A stretch of DNA of 64,000 bases, taken from contig JBNKCR010000034.1 in NCBI GenBank assembly GCA_050287845.1, positions 32,001 through 96,000 on the forward strand, given 5' to 3'. Source of the DNA: Polyangia bacterium (GTDB lineage Bacteria > Myxococcota_A > Polyangia > JAAYKL01). Position numbers and translations under genes: made by a program. Below the pieces are notes generated by a model. It was given only the letters and a program-made list of their open reading frames with translations. It searched no databases and was not told where the DNA came from. Positions 1 to 10,070 of this stretch are shown here, piece after piece (position 1 is the first letter of the stretch; each line of letters starts with the position of its first letter).

Positions 1-1111
1 TGGGTATGAAGATGACGTGACGTTGCCGGGCGGGGCCGATGATGGGATGGTACTGGTACCGCCGGCGCACCCATATATCAACTATTTCGGTCGGGTGGAT
101 TGCGCCAACCCGGATGCGCCCATTTTTGGCTTTCCCGGGGTATCGATACGTGCTCGATTTACCGGTACCGGCATTGATATGATAATGAACGACCACGGTG
201 CCGGTGGCAGTGCTGATTATTTTTCAGTTGTGATTGACGATGGGGAGCCCGATCGACTGGAGATGTCGGTGGGGGAGACCACGTATGAGCTGGCGCGGGG
301 GCTGAGTGGCGGCGAGCATGTGGTGGAAGTGTTCAAGGGCAACGAAAGCTCCAATGGCAACGGTATTGCGGAGTTTATGGGATTTCGTATTGACGAGGGC
401 GAAGAATTGCTGGAACTGGCGCCGCGGCCTCATCGCATTGAGTTTATCGGTGATTCCATTACTTGTGGATACGGGAATCAAGTTTCGGTGGCCGACCCCA
501 GTGACTACTCATACACGACCGAAAATTCCAATGAATACGATGCCTGGGGCGCCATTGCCGCGCGGACCCTGAAGGCGGAACTCTCGGTGGTATGCATTTC
601 CGGCCGCGGGGTGTATCGCAATTATTCGGGGGGGAGTGGCACAGTGATGCCGGACGTATATGAGATGACGCTGCCGGACTATTCGGCAAACACGCCATGG
701 GATACCGCGCGGTTTACCCCGGAAGTGGTGGTGGTGAATCTGGGAACGAACGATTTTTCTCCGGGAATCGAGGATAGTGAACTTGACGCGGCTCGGGAGA
801 AATATGAATCGGAAATGGGAGATTTTGTGGGGACGCTGCGAGGATATTATCCGGATGCGGCCATTATACTTGCTGTGGGCCCCATGCTGTCGGATTTCTA
901 CCCGGAGGGGTATGATGCGTATACATCTGTCATCAATGCGCTGGAAAATGTCGTGGATGACCGCGGTACCAGCGGGGATGCCAATGTGTATTTCCTTCAG
1001 ATGCAGCCCCAATCCGCGCCATACGGGGAGGATTGGCATCCCACCATCGCCACCCACACCGCCATGGCGGAGGATTTGGTATCTCTCATCAGCGACAATG
1101 ATCTGATGTAG
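1..1111 (+). CDS. SGNH/GDSL carbohydrate esterase family CE2 (acetyl esterase); 5' end lies outside the window
   Basis: CE2 N-terminal beta domain, then [21 protein letters not shown] and YGEDWHP motifs. Near-identical to 1641-2751. Confidence 0.88.
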   Translation, partial: GYEDDVTLPGGADDGMVLVPPAHPYINYFGRVDCANPDAPIFGFPGVSIRARFTGTGIDMIMNDHGAGGSADYFSVVIDDGEPDRLEMSVGETTYELARGLSGGEHVVEVFKGNESSNGNGIAEFMGFRIDEGEELLELAPRPHRIEFIGDSITCGYGNQVSVADPSDYSYTTENSNEYDAWGAIAARTLKAELSVVCISGRGVYRNYSGGSGTVMPDVYEMTLPDYSANTPWDTARFTPEVVVVNLGTNDFSPGIEDSELDAAREKYESEMGDFVGTLRGYYPDAAIILAVGPMLSDFYPEGYDAYTSVINALENVVDDRGTSGDANVYFLQMQPQSAPYGEDWHPTIATHTAMAEDLVSLISDNDLM

Positions 1112-1251
1112 TGTCTGGTGGCTCCTCTAAATAGGAGAGCATCAATGCAGATCACTTCGTCTGGATTCCCTCCTTCGAGGAATGATGTTATTTTTAAGGG
1201 TACTGGATTATCGTTTTTTGAGATTTTTTCCAGAATGCAGGGAGAACAGGA

Positions 1252-2751
1252 ATGGTAACGAAACACATTTTAATTCTGATTTTGGCTGCTGCGCTCATGG
1301 CTTTCCAGGCTTGTGGCGAAGGGACAGGCGAATCCGGAAGTAGCAGTGACTCGGATTCGGATTCAGATACGGACACGGATTCAGATACCGATACCGACAC
1401 CGACACCGACACGGATATGGACAGCGACACGGACACGGACACGGATATGGATACGGATACGGACTCGGATACGGACACGGACACGGACACGGACACGGAT
1501 ATGGATACTGACTCGGACACGGACACGGACACGGATACGGATACGGACTCGGATACGGACACGGACACGGATACGGATACGGATACGGATACGGATACGG
1601 ACTCGGACTCGGATCCACCGGTTTTCTATCCGGATGTGTGTGGGTATGAAGATGACGTGACGTTGCCGGGCGGGGCCGGTGATGGGATGGTGCTGGTACC
1701 GCCGGCGCACCCATATATCAACTATTTCGGTCGGGTGGATTGCGCCAACCCGGATGCGCCCATTTTTGGCTTTCCCGGTGTATCGATACGTGCTCGATTT
1801 ACCGGAACCGGCATTGATATGATAATGAACGACCACGGTGCCGGTGGCAGTGCTGATTATTTTTCGGTTGTGATTGACGATGGGGAGCCCGATCGACTGG
1901 AGATGTCGGTGGGGGAGACCACGTATGAGCTGGCGCGGGGGCTGAGTGGCGGCGAGCATGTGGTGGAAGTGTTCAAGGGTAACGAAAGCTCCAATGGCAA
2001 CGGTATTGCGGAGTTCATGGGATTTCGTATTGACGAGGGCGAAGAACTGCTGGAACTGGCGCCGCGGCCGCATCGCATTGAGTTTGTCGGTGATTCCATC
2101 ACTTGTGGATACGGGAATGAAATTTCGTTGGCCGACCCCAGCGGTCACTCGTACACGACCGAAAATTCCAATGAATACGATGCCTGGGGCGCCATTGCCG
2201 CGCGGACCCTGAAGGCGGAACTCTCGGTGGTATGCATTTCCGGCCGCGGGGTGTATCGCAATTATTCAGGGGGGAGTGGCACAGTGATGCCGGACGTATA
2301 TGAGATGACGCTGCCGGACTATTCGGCAAACACGCCATGGGATACCGCGCGGTTTACCCCGGAAGTGGTGGTGGTGAATCTGGGAACGAACGATTTCTCT
2401 CCGGGAATCGCGGATAGTGAAATTGGCGCGGCTCGGGAGAGATATGAATCGGAAATGGGAGATTTTGTGGGGACGCTGCGAGGATATTATCCGGATGCGG
2501 CTATTGTACTCGCTGTGGGCCCCATGCTGTCGGATTCCTACCCGGCGGGATATGAAGCGTATACATCTGTCATCAATGCGCTGGAAAATATCGTGGATGA
2601 CCGCAGTACCAGCGGGGATGCCAATGTGTACGTCCTGAAGATTCCGCCCCAGTCCGGTCCCTACGGCGAGGACTGGCATCCCACCATCGCCACCCACACC
2701 GCCATGGCGGAGGATTTGGTATCCCTCATCAGCGACAATGATCTGATGTAG
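1252..2751 (+). CDS. Lipoprotein CE2 carbohydrate esterase with Asp/Thr/Ser-repeat linker
   Basis: Lipobox FQAC, long (DT/DS)n linker, GDSITCGYG...NLGTND...GEDWHP. Purine-rich RBS upstream (GGGAGAACAGGA). Confidence 0.9.
   Translation: MVTKHILILILAAALMAFQACGEGTGESGSSSDSDSDSDTDTDSDTDTDTDTDTDMDSDTDTDTDMDTDTDSDTDTDTDTDTDMDTDSDTDTDTDTDTDSDTDTDTDTDTDTDTDTDSDSDPPVFYPDVCGYEDDVTLPGGAGDGMVLVPPAHPYINYFGRVDCANPDAPIFGFPGVSIRARFTGTGIDMIMNDHGAGGSADYFSVVIDDGEPDRLEMSVGETTYELARGLSGGEHVVEVFKGNESSNGNGIAEFMGFRIDEGEELLELAPRPHRIEFVGDSITCGYGNEISLADPSGHSYTTENSNEYDAWGAIAARTLKAELSVVCISGRGVYRNYSGGSGTVMPDVYEMTLPDYSANTPWDTARFTPEVVVVNLGTNDFSPGIADSEIGAARERYESEMGDFVGTLRGYYPDAAIVLAVGPMLSDSYPAGYEAYTSVINALENIVDDRSTSGDANVYVLKIPPQSGPYGEDWHPTIATHTAMAEDLVSLISDNDLM
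1348..1614 (+). repeat. Coding low-complexity hexamer repeat (GAYACG/GAYTCG) encoding the DT/DS linker
   Basis: Directly visible 6-bp periodic repeat. Confidence 0.95.
1641..2751 (+). repeat. Direct tandem duplication of 1-1111 (offset 1640 bp)
   Basis: 1641 reads tgggtatgaagatgacgtgacgttgccggg, identical to position 1, and is collinear to the shared stop (atctgatgtag). Confidence 0.97.
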
Positions 2752-2769
2752 GCCCCATTGGGGCGGTAG

Positions 2770-2989
2770 CAGCGAGAAATCCTGACCGCGCCCCTTGTGT
2801 GCGCGGCAGTAGATGAACGATCCATCAGCGAGAAATCCTGACCGCGCCCCTTGTGTGCGCGGCAAGTAGATGAGCGATCCATCAGCGAGAAATCCTGACC
2901 GCGCCCCTTGCGTGCGCGGCAAGTAGATGAGCGATCCATCAGCGAGAAATCCTGACCGCGCCCCTTGTGTGCGCGGCAAGTAGATGAGC
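2770..2989. repeat. Intergenic tandem repeat, about 3.9 copies of a 56-57 bp unit with an internal hairpin (REP-like)
   Basis: Units start at 2770, 2826, 2883 and 2940 (CAGCGAGAAATCCTGACCGCGCCCCTTGTGTGCGCGGCAAGTAGATGAGCGATCCAT). CCGCGC...GCGCGG forms an inverted repeat. No unique spacers. Confidence 0.95.
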
Positions 2990-3204
2990 AGCCTGAAGTC
3001 AGTTCGTATCGTCAGGTGATTTTATTAATCTGCTACGACGTTGTATTCAGAACAACTAAAATAGCTTCCGGTTCTTAATAAGAGTGCAGACCTTCCGGGA
3101 TTTTTTTAAAAACGAAATATGATGTTTTTTTTCTTTTCTTCGTGTTTCAGGGTACTGGATTATCGTTTTTTTGAGATCTTTTCCAGAATACAGGGAGAAC
3201 AGGA

Positions 3205-4182
3205 ATGGGAACGAAACACATTTTAAATCTGATTTTGGCTGTTGCGCTCATGACTTTCCAGGCTTGTGGCGAAGGGACAGGCGAATCCGGAAATAGCAGT
3301 GACTCGGATTCGGATTCAGATACGGACAGTGATTCGGATACGGACTCGGATTCGGACACCGACAGCGACACGGATTCAGATACGGACACGGATTCAGATA
3401 CCGACACCGACACCGACTCAGATACGGACAGTGATACCGATACGGACAGTGATACCGATACGGACACCGATACGGATACCGATACGGATACCGATACGGA
3501 CACTGACACGGACACCGACACGGACACCGACACGGAGCCGGTGGGATTCAACCCATGCCCCACCGACGGTTCGGACTGCAAGGTCATGCCCGTGGGAGAT
3601 TCAATCACGTATGGCGTCGGATCTACCGATGGTGGCGCCTATCGAACGCAACTTTTCAGAAATTGCCTGACAGACGGCAAAAATATGACGTTTGTCGGTC
3701 GGGGAAGTGATGGTCCCAATGAAGTGGATGGTACACCGTTCCCCAAAAATCACGAAGGGTACAGTGGTATTTCGGTTGATGAGTTCATTGCGCAGCAGGT
3801 GGATGGGGCGTTGAATGCCAATATTCCTCATATTTTTTTGGTTCATCTGGGTACAAATGATATCACGTGGAAGGGCGCAGAGGGCGTTTCTGACGAAATG
3901 TCGTCATTAATTGATATATTAACCGAGAAAGCGCCGGATGCCCTTGTGGCGGTGGCCCAGATAATTCCCTTTGAGTACACAGATCAAAATCGAGAGAATT
4001 ACAATAACGATATTCCAGAAATTGTCGCCGAGAAAGTAAACCAGGGAAAACATGTGATAGTGGTTGATTTAAGTTCTGAATATCCAGCCAATGCATTCAG
4101 TGGCAATGTTCATCCGAACGATGATGGCTATGTGTTCATGGGGAATAAATGGTACGAAGCCATTAAAGACTACCTGCCGTAA
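3205..4182 (+). CDS. Lipoprotein SGNH hydrolase, CE3-like acetylxylan esterase with DT/DS linker
   Basis: Lipobox FQAC. Motifs MPVGDSIT, FVG, NHEGYSG, HLGTNDI and VHPNDDGY are typical of CE3/XynB-like SGNH proteins. Confidence 0.85.
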   Translation: MGTKHILNLILAVALMTFQACGEGTGESGNSSDSDSDSDTDSDSDTDSDSDTDSDTDSDTDTDSDTDTDTDSDTDSDTDTDSDTDTDTDTDTDTDTDTDTDTDTDTDTDTEPVGFNPCPTDGSDCKVMPVGDSITYGVGSTDGGAYRTQLFRNCLTDGKNMTFVGRGSDGPNEVDGTPFPKNHEGYSGISVDEFIAQQVDGALNANIPHIFLVHLGTNDITWKGAEGVSDEMSSLIDILTEKAPDALVAVAQIIPFEYTDQNRENYNNDIPEIVAEKVNQGKHVIVVDLSSEYPANAFSGNVHPNDDGYVFMGNKWYEAIKDYLP

Positions 4183-4233
4183 CTGTTTTTTTGGGGGGAT
4201 GACCACCGGCTGCCATCCTGTTGGGGGCTGAAT

Positions 4234-4260
4234 CCGCTTTTTTTACCCTGATAAAAGCGG
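4234..4260. terminator. Possible hairpin between convergent genes
   Basis: CCGCTTTT...AAAAGCGG inverted repeat between the esterase (+) and gltA (-). Confidence 0.35.
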
Positions 4261-4416
4261 TATTGGCTCGGTGACGGATCATCTTTTTATGGATAAAAGA
4301 ATACGATGGAATGCAGACATGATGCATAAATGACTTGGGCGGTATCGCGAAATGAATAATTACTCAAGAAATGGATATCCGTTCCGATTTTATTTCTGGA
4401 AGCGAACATTTGATGT

Positions 4417-5757
4417 TCACGATAGCCAGCTGTCCCGTCGGGCCATTTTGGGCAGCATTTCCGTTCCGTTGCGTTCCTCTATTTTTACAAATGGCTTGCT
4501 GGCTTCACCGATGTAGATTTGTCTGGGACGCACGATTTTCTGTTCGTGGTCGTCCATCATTTCAAGCCAGTGGGCAATCCATCCCGGCAGGCGCCCCAGG
4601 GCAAACATTACGGTGAACATGTTTTTTGGAATCCCCATGGCCCGGTAGGCAATACCCGTATAGAAATCCACATTGGGATATAGATTTTTTCCGATAAAAT
4701 AGTCATCGGCAAGGGCGAGCTCTTCCAGTTCCATGGCGATGTCCAGCAGTGGATCATCATTCATCCCAAGGTGTTCCAGCAATTCAACGCAGGATTGTTT
4801 GGCCAACCTGGCCCGTGGGTCATATGTCTTGTATATCCGGTGGCCAAATCCCATCAGACGGAGTTTGGAGTCTTTGCGCCTGGCCGCTTCAATCACCTCG
4901 GACGGTTTCATTCCTCCCTCGTGAATTTTTTCAAGCATTTCAATCACCGCCTGATTGGCACCGCCGTGCAATGGACCCCACAATGCGCACACGCCCGCCG
5001 CGATGGATGCATATAAATTGGCTCCGGAACTGCCGACCGCTCTGGCCACGGTGGTCGAACAATTCTGTTCGTGATCTGCGTGGAGTATTAAAAACAGATT
5101 GAGCACTCTTTCAATCACCGGATCGATTTTGTAGTTGTTTACTGGTGATTTGAACATCATGTTCAAAAAATTTTCACAGTATCGGTACTTCCATGAGGGA
5201 TGAACCACTGGTTCACCAATCGATTTCTTGTAAGAGAACGCGGCGATGGTGCGCATCTTTGACATCAGTCGGGTCACCATCATATGAATCGATTCACTCT
5301 CGTCTTCGATTTCGGGGTAAAAAGTGGATAGTGACACAACCATCGCTGACAGAACGGCCATGGGATGCGCGTGTTCGGGGTAGTTGGAAAAGAAATGCAG
5401 CATATCTTCGTGCAGCATGGAGTGTCGGTTCAATGATTGTGAAAACGCCTGTCGTTGCTCCAGGTCCGGCAGTCTGCCGAAAATAAGCAGGTACGCCACC
5501 TCAATAAAAGTGCAGTTGGCTGCCAGTTCTTCAATTTTGTAACCGCGGTGCAGTAGAATTCCCTTTTCGCCATCGACAAATGTAATATCGCTCGATGCGA
5601 TGGCTGTATTGCCGAACCCCGGATCGTAGGTCACGTAACCGGTTTTCTGGCGAAGCGTCGAAATGTCAATACAATGCTCATCAAGATCGCCATGGTACAC
5701 ATCGAGATGGAGTACTTTGTCTGCCAGTTTCAGTTCTGCGGTTCCATTTTTTTTCAT
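4417..5757 (-). CDS. gltA: Citrate synthase (type II)
   Basis: TYDPGFGNTA, LHADHEQNCST, LWGPLHGGAN, LMGFGHRIYK and LYPNVDFY. Start MKKNG follows an AGAGG RBS. Confidence 0.96.
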   Translation of the reverse strand: MKKNGTAELKLADKVLHLDVYHGDLDEHCIDISTLRQKTGYVTYDPGFGNTAIASSDITFVDGEKGILLHRGYKIEELAANCTFIEVAYLLIFGRLPDLEQRQAFSQSLNRHSMLHEDMLHFFSNYPEHAHPMAVLSAMVVSLSTFYPEIEDESESIHMMVTRLMSKMRTIAAFSYKKSIGEPVVHPSWKYRYCENFLNMMFKSPVNNYKIDPVIERVLNLFLILHADHEQNCSTTVARAVGSSGANLYASIAAGVCALWGPLHGGANQAVIEMLEKIHEGGMKPSEVIEAARRKDSKLRLMGFGHRIYKTYDPRARLAKQSCVELLEHLGMNDDPLLDIAMELEELALADDYFIGKNLYPNVDFYTGIAYRAMGIPKNMFTVMFALGRLPGWIAHWLEMMDDHEQKIVRPRQIYIGEASKPFVKIEERNGTEMLPKMARRDSWLS

Positions 5758-6246
5758 GTCCTCTTTCACGGTTCGTCTCCTTCACTCACAGTTGCCGGCC
5801 GAAGTTGACCGCTCGCATACTTTCTTTTCAAACCAGTCGCCGCGCTAGAACGTTGAGTTACCTTTCATGAATATATGGTAGGTCCGTTTTCTCGAAATTC
5901 CACCCGTGGACGGGAAAATCTCGACTTTCTCAGTGCCCGATAACTCGCCATTGGGGGTACTCCGGAGACAGGTCGCCATTCGTGCATCTTGGGTGTGGCG
6001 CGTAATGCGAGGCTACCGCGAATCCTCTGGATCACAATGGAAAAAACAATAGTGCAGCCGTCCACTGTGTTTACCGGTGTCACTTTTTCTTGTTGACGCC
6101 AATTTTCGCCCTATATTAATCGAAGTCATAAAAATATGGAGTTGTTGGCGCTATGGCGGTTCTGCTGTGAAAATGCTGCAGTACAAGCTGTGGGTCGACA
6201 CTGGAAAATGTTGCCTCCGGCGGGGGTCACTGTTCAGGTTTTACAT

Positions 6247-7824
6247 ATGTCGAGGGATTCAAAAGACTACAGCTACGATGTGTTTATCAGCTATGCCCAC
6301 CTCGATGATCAACCCCTTGTGCCGGGGGAAATGGGCTGGGTGAGCAAGCTTCACGAAGTGTTGTCCATTCGACTTTCCATGCTGACCGGTAAAAAGGTCA
6401 ATATCTGGCGTGACAGGCGGCTTCGAAAAAACGAATTCTTTGACGACACCATTGGGGACGCGGTCTGCGCCACCCGGCTGTTTCTGGCGGTGGTCACTCC
6501 GCTGTATATCCGTTCGGAATATTGTCAGCGGGAACTGACCGAGTTTGCGCAGCATAATGATACACGCACCAGCAATCGATCGCGAATCTTCAAGGTGCTG
6601 AAAACCCCGGTACCTGTTTCCGCGCATCCTTTGTCCATGCAGGATATTCTCGGATACGAGTTTTATCACTACGACGATGAAACCGGACATGCCCATGAAT
6701 TCAGTGTGGATTCCAGAACGGACCGGGAGGCGTATCTATGTCGTCTGGATGATTTGGCCCAGGAAATTCAGGAGTGCCTGTCGTTGATGGTCCAGGAGAG
6801 CGCCGGCACCTCGGGCAGGTTGGCGCCGGCGGGGGTATCGGAGGAATCGTTGGAGAGTGATAGCCATCCGCAATTGCTATTCAAGGAATCCGTGTATGTT
6901 TGCGCAACCAGTTCGGATGTTCGCAGCTCCCACGATCAGGTTCGAAGAGAGCTACTGGAGCGGGGATACTCCGTCATTCCCGACCAGCCATTCATTCTGG
7001 AATCCAACAGCTTTGAAACCAATGTTCGAGAGGCCATGAAACAGGCGGCGTTGTCGGTGCATCTTATTGGTGAGCGATACGGCATTATTCCAGAAGACGG
7101 CGATCAATCGATTGTGGAAATTCAGAACCGGGTGGCGTCTGAAGTCTCCAGAGAGACGGGACTCGAGCGGATTATCTGGATTCCGGAGAACGTGGCGCCA
7201 ACGGATGGCCGTCAGATGCATTTCATCGAGTCCCTGATGCGGGACCCGGCCGCGCAGTTCAATGCCGATGTGGTGGTGGGGACCGTGGAGGACCTGAAGG
7301 GCGACATCATTGAAAAAATTGAAGAAATTGCCGTGCGGAAAAATCAATATTACAGAAGCGCGGGCAAGGCCCACAGCGTTCCTCCCATGTCGAATCGACC
7401 CCCATCCTGGGTGTATCTGATTAAGGGACCATACGATGGTGGGGAGGTGGACACTCTGGAAGATTGCCTGTGGAACGCCGGGATGGAGGTGTTGACCCTC
7501 GCTTTCGACGAAGAAATGAATGAGCAGGAGTTGAACGAAGCGCACCAGATGAATCTCCGTCAGGCAGACCTGTGTATGGTGTATTACGGAGAGAGTCCGG
7601 AGCGGTGGGTACGCAAACAACTGAGCGATATTCGGAAATCCGGTGGGTTTCAACGGGAGAAACGGATTCTGCCTTCGGCAGTATACATCGGTCGCTCGGC
7701 AGATGCGCAGCAGAAAAAATTCCGTTCCAACAGCGCCACTGTGATTTGGCCCAACGGCGCCGAAACAGCAGAAGCAGTGAAATCATTTTTAACTGTGCTT
7801 GAAGAAAGTCGGTGTGCCTCATGA
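6247..7824 (+). CDS. TIR-domain protein (N-terminal TIR_2 plus two further TIR/DUF4062-like alpha/beta domains)
   Basis: YDVFISYAH, IWRD and SEYCQREL (TIR catalytic Glu position retained). Second domain LSVHLIGERYG is DUF4062-like. Stop overlaps the next start (ATGA, 7821-7824). Confidence 0.85.
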   Translation: MSRDSKDYSYDVFISYAHLDDQPLVPGEMGWVSKLHEVLSIRLSMLTGKKVNIWRDRRLRKNEFFDDTIGDAVCATRLFLAVVTPLYIRSEYCQRELTEFAQHNDTRTSNRSRIFKVLKTPVPVSAHPLSMQDILGYEFYHYDDETGHAHEFSVDSRTDREAYLCRLDDLAQEIQECLSLMVQESAGTSGRLAPAGVSEESLESDSHPQLLFKESVYVCATSSDVRSSHDQVRRELLERGYSVIPDQPFILESNSFETNVREAMKQAALSVHLIGERYGIIPEDGDQSIVEIQNRVASEVSRETGLERIIWIPENVAPTDGRQMHFIESLMRDPAAQFNADVVVGTVEDLKGDIIEKIEEIAVRKNQYYRSAGKAHSVPPMSNRPPSWVYLIKGPYDGGEVDTLEDCLWNAGMEVLTLAFDEEMNEQELNEAHQMNLRQADLCMVYYGESPERWVRKQLSDIRKSGGFQREKRILPSAVYIGRSADAQQKKFRSNSATVIWPNGAETAEAVKSFLTVLEESRCAS

Positions 7825-10052
7825 CGCATTCTGCCCCGGTGATTCGAAAGAGTGCAATTCCGAGCATCCATGGGGGTGCGGTGGTTAATCCGTTTCCGGG
7901 ACTTCGTCCCTTTGGCCCGGAGGAAGCGGACCTGTTTTTCGGACGTGAACAGCATATTGAGGAACTGCTGCAGCGTCTGGCTTCCAGTCGGTTCGTGGCG
8001 GTGGTGGGAACCTCCGGCAGCGGTAAATCATCGCTGGTGGCTGCGGGGATATTGCCGAGACTCGATGGCGGATTTCGTACACCGTTCGGCAGTTTCTGGC
8101 GCGTGGCCAGAATGCGCCCGGGGGATGATCCCATTGGCAATCTGGCGGTGGCACTTGCCCATGGGACTCACGCACCTGAGGACGAAAACGGCGAAAGCGG
8201 ACTGCATCGTCGGAAAACTGACGATTCCAACACCATTCGTCTGGCGCTAACTGAAACCGGATTGCACCGCAGTCGATTGGGTCTGGTGAAAGCTGCGGGG
8301 GAAATCGGTCTGGGAAAACGGGAGAACCTGCTGGTGGTTGTGGATCAGTTTGAAGAAATTTTTCGATATCGGGCGTTGCGGCAGAACGCACACAGAGATA
8401 CGGCTACTGCGTTCGTTCATCTGTTGCTGAGCGCGGCCAGGCAAACCGATGTGCCGGTGTACGTGCTGATTACCATGCGGTCGGACTTCCTGGGCGAGTG
8501 TGTGCAGTTTCGCGGTTTGGCAGAGGCAATCAATCAGGGACAATATCTGATTCCTCTGCTGAACCGGCGCCAGCGACAGGCAGCCATTGAAGGCCCGGCC
8601 GGGGTTGCCGGGGCAACCGTTTCGGGAACCCTGTTGCAACAGTTACTCAACGATGCAGGGAGTATGACCGATCAGTTGCCAGTGCTGCAGCATGCACTCA
8701 TGAGAACCTTCGATATCTGGCTGGCGCATCTGGACCCCGCAAGAACCATCGATTTGATTGATTACGAAGAAGCCGGCGGAACGGAGACCGCACTGGCCCG
8801 ACATGCGGATGAGGCCTGCCGCGAATTGAACGATGAAGAGCAACGGGTGGCCAGGGTGATGTTTCAGTGTCTGGCGGAACACAGCCGGGATGGTCGCTGG
8901 ATGCGCAGGCCCTGTCGGCTGGGGGAAATATTGGCAGTGGCTGAAACGGACATGCACACCCTGTCGCGGATCATTGATACTTTCACTGCCAATGCCCGAT
9001 CTTTTCTTTTGCTGCAACCGGACACCGGAGAACTTACCCGGGATACGCTGGTGGATCTCTCCCATGAAAGCCTGATGCGTCTTTGGGAAAAGCTGCAAGT
9101 CTGGGGAGAAGAAGAAGTGCGCGCGGCGGAGCAGTTGCGCATGCTGGCAGATGCGGCATTGCGTTATGAACAGGACAAAGGCGGGTTGTGGTCCGACCCC
9201 GAACTTGCCCTTGCATTGAAATGGCAGGAGGAAAAACAGCCGAATCAGATCTGGTCCAATCGCTATGGGGTGGACTACGAAAAAGTGAGGGCGTTCATTC
9301 GAAAGAGTCGGGAAGTGCGGGATTTAAAAGCAGCGGAGCTGGAGCGGGATCGGATGGCAAGATTGGAGCAGGCAGAAGCACTCGCCACAGCAGAACATAA
9401 CAGGGCGGAGGCGTTGCGGCATAAGGCGGCTGCTGAACTGGAGCGGCATCGGGCGGAAGAGGAACGGAACAATGCGGAACAATTGCGTCAGCATGCCCGA
9501 CAACTGAAAAAGTGGATGGCGCTCGTGGGCGTGCTGGCCTTTGCGGCGCTGTCGGTGGCCGGCGTTGCGGTGACTCAGAAAACGGCGGCGGAGGTGGCGC
9601 GGTTGCATGCAGAGGAAGAACGCCAGAGAGCTGAACACGAAAAAGCGGAGGCAGATCGGGCGCGGTATGAAGCCCGGCGCATGGAGATGGCGGCTCGGGT
9701 TTCTGAACAAAAAGCGCGAAAGGCGGAAAAACAGGCCCTGGATGAAAAAAGAACAGCAGAATACCTGAAGCAAAAAGCCGACGAGCAGCGCGAAGAAGCG
9801 GAGAGGCAAAAAGCAATGGCGGAACAACAGAAACGGAACGCAAAATTTGCCAGATGGACCGCTTTAAAGGCGAAGAAGCAAACAGAATCGGCGGAAACCC
9901 GCGCTGTGGTTAACGAAACCCGCGCCGTCAGGGCACTGAGCCAGGCGAAACGGGCAGAAGCGGAACGGTTGAAAATGAAAGCGGAACTGCTTCAGAAGCA
10001 CCGGGAAAAGGCGCTGGAAGATGCAAGAGACCAGATACCCGAATGGAAATAA
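7821..10052 (+). CDS. nSTAND1-type STAND P-loop NTPase with one TM helix and a C-terminal coiled coil
   Basis: NPFPGLRPF, FFGRE, Walker A GTSGSGKSS, Walker B VVDQFEE, ITMRSDF, LPVLQHAL and HESL. TM helix WMALVGVLAFAALSVAGVAV, then an A/E/K/R-rich tail. Confidence 0.88.
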   Translation: MTHSAPVIRKSAIPSIHGGAVVNPFPGLRPFGPEEADLFFGREQHIEELLQRLASSRFVAVVGTSGSGKSSLVAAGILPRLDGGFRTPFGSFWRVARMRPGDDPIGNLAVALAHGTHAPEDENGESGLHRRKTDDSNTIRLALTETGLHRSRLGLVKAAGEIGLGKRENLLVVVDQFEEIFRYRALRQNAHRDTATAFVHLLLSAARQTDVPVYVLITMRSDFLGECVQFRGLAEAINQGQYLIPLLNRRQRQAAIEGPAGVAGATVSGTLLQQLLNDAGSMTDQLPVLQHALMRTFDIWLAHLDPARTIDLIDYEEAGGTETALARHADEACRELNDEEQRVARVMFQCLAEHSRDGRWMRRPCRLGEILAVAETDMHTLSRIIDTFTANARSFLLLQPDTGELTRDTLVDLSHESLMRLWEKLQVWGEEEVRAAEQLRMLADAALRYEQDKGGLWSDPELALALKWQEEKQPNQIWSNRYGVDYEKVRAFIRKSREVRDLKAAELERDRMARLEQAEALATAEHNRAEALRHKAAAELERHRAEEERNNAEQLRQHARQLKKWMALVGVLAFAALSVAGVAVTQKTAAEVARLHAEEERQRAEHEKAEADRARYEARRMEMAARVSEQKARKAEKQALDEKRTAEYLKQKADEQREEAERQKAMAEQQKRNAKFARWTALKAKKQTESAETRAVVNETRAVRALSQAKRAEAERLKMKAELLQKHREKALEDARDQIPEWK

Positions 10053-10070
10053 TGGTGAGGAGCAGGCAAT

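Noticed and set aside
1194..1714. Alternative-frame ORFs (SVSVSV, PYPYPC, RIRTRI), and similar ones at 3147-3670, 11370-12095, 53591-54174 and 62428-63109
   Set aside because: They are shadows of the stop-free DT/DS coding repeats. The His/Cys-rich or Ser-rich translations are not evidence of real genes.
1..2751. Diversity-generating retroelement (TR/VR pair) explaining the duplicated esterase
   Set aside because: Mismatches in the patch I compared involve all four bases rather than adenines only, the duplication spans the whole gene, and no reverse transcriptase is present.
2266..2979. Minus-strand ORF with a 19-aa repeat (PRTQGARSGFLADGSLIYL)
   Set aside because: Read-through of the 57-bp repeat into the antisense strand of the CE2 gene, with no recognisable domain.
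2770..2989. CRISPR array
   Set aside because: Units are contiguous and near-identical with no unique spacers, and there are no cas genes in the window.
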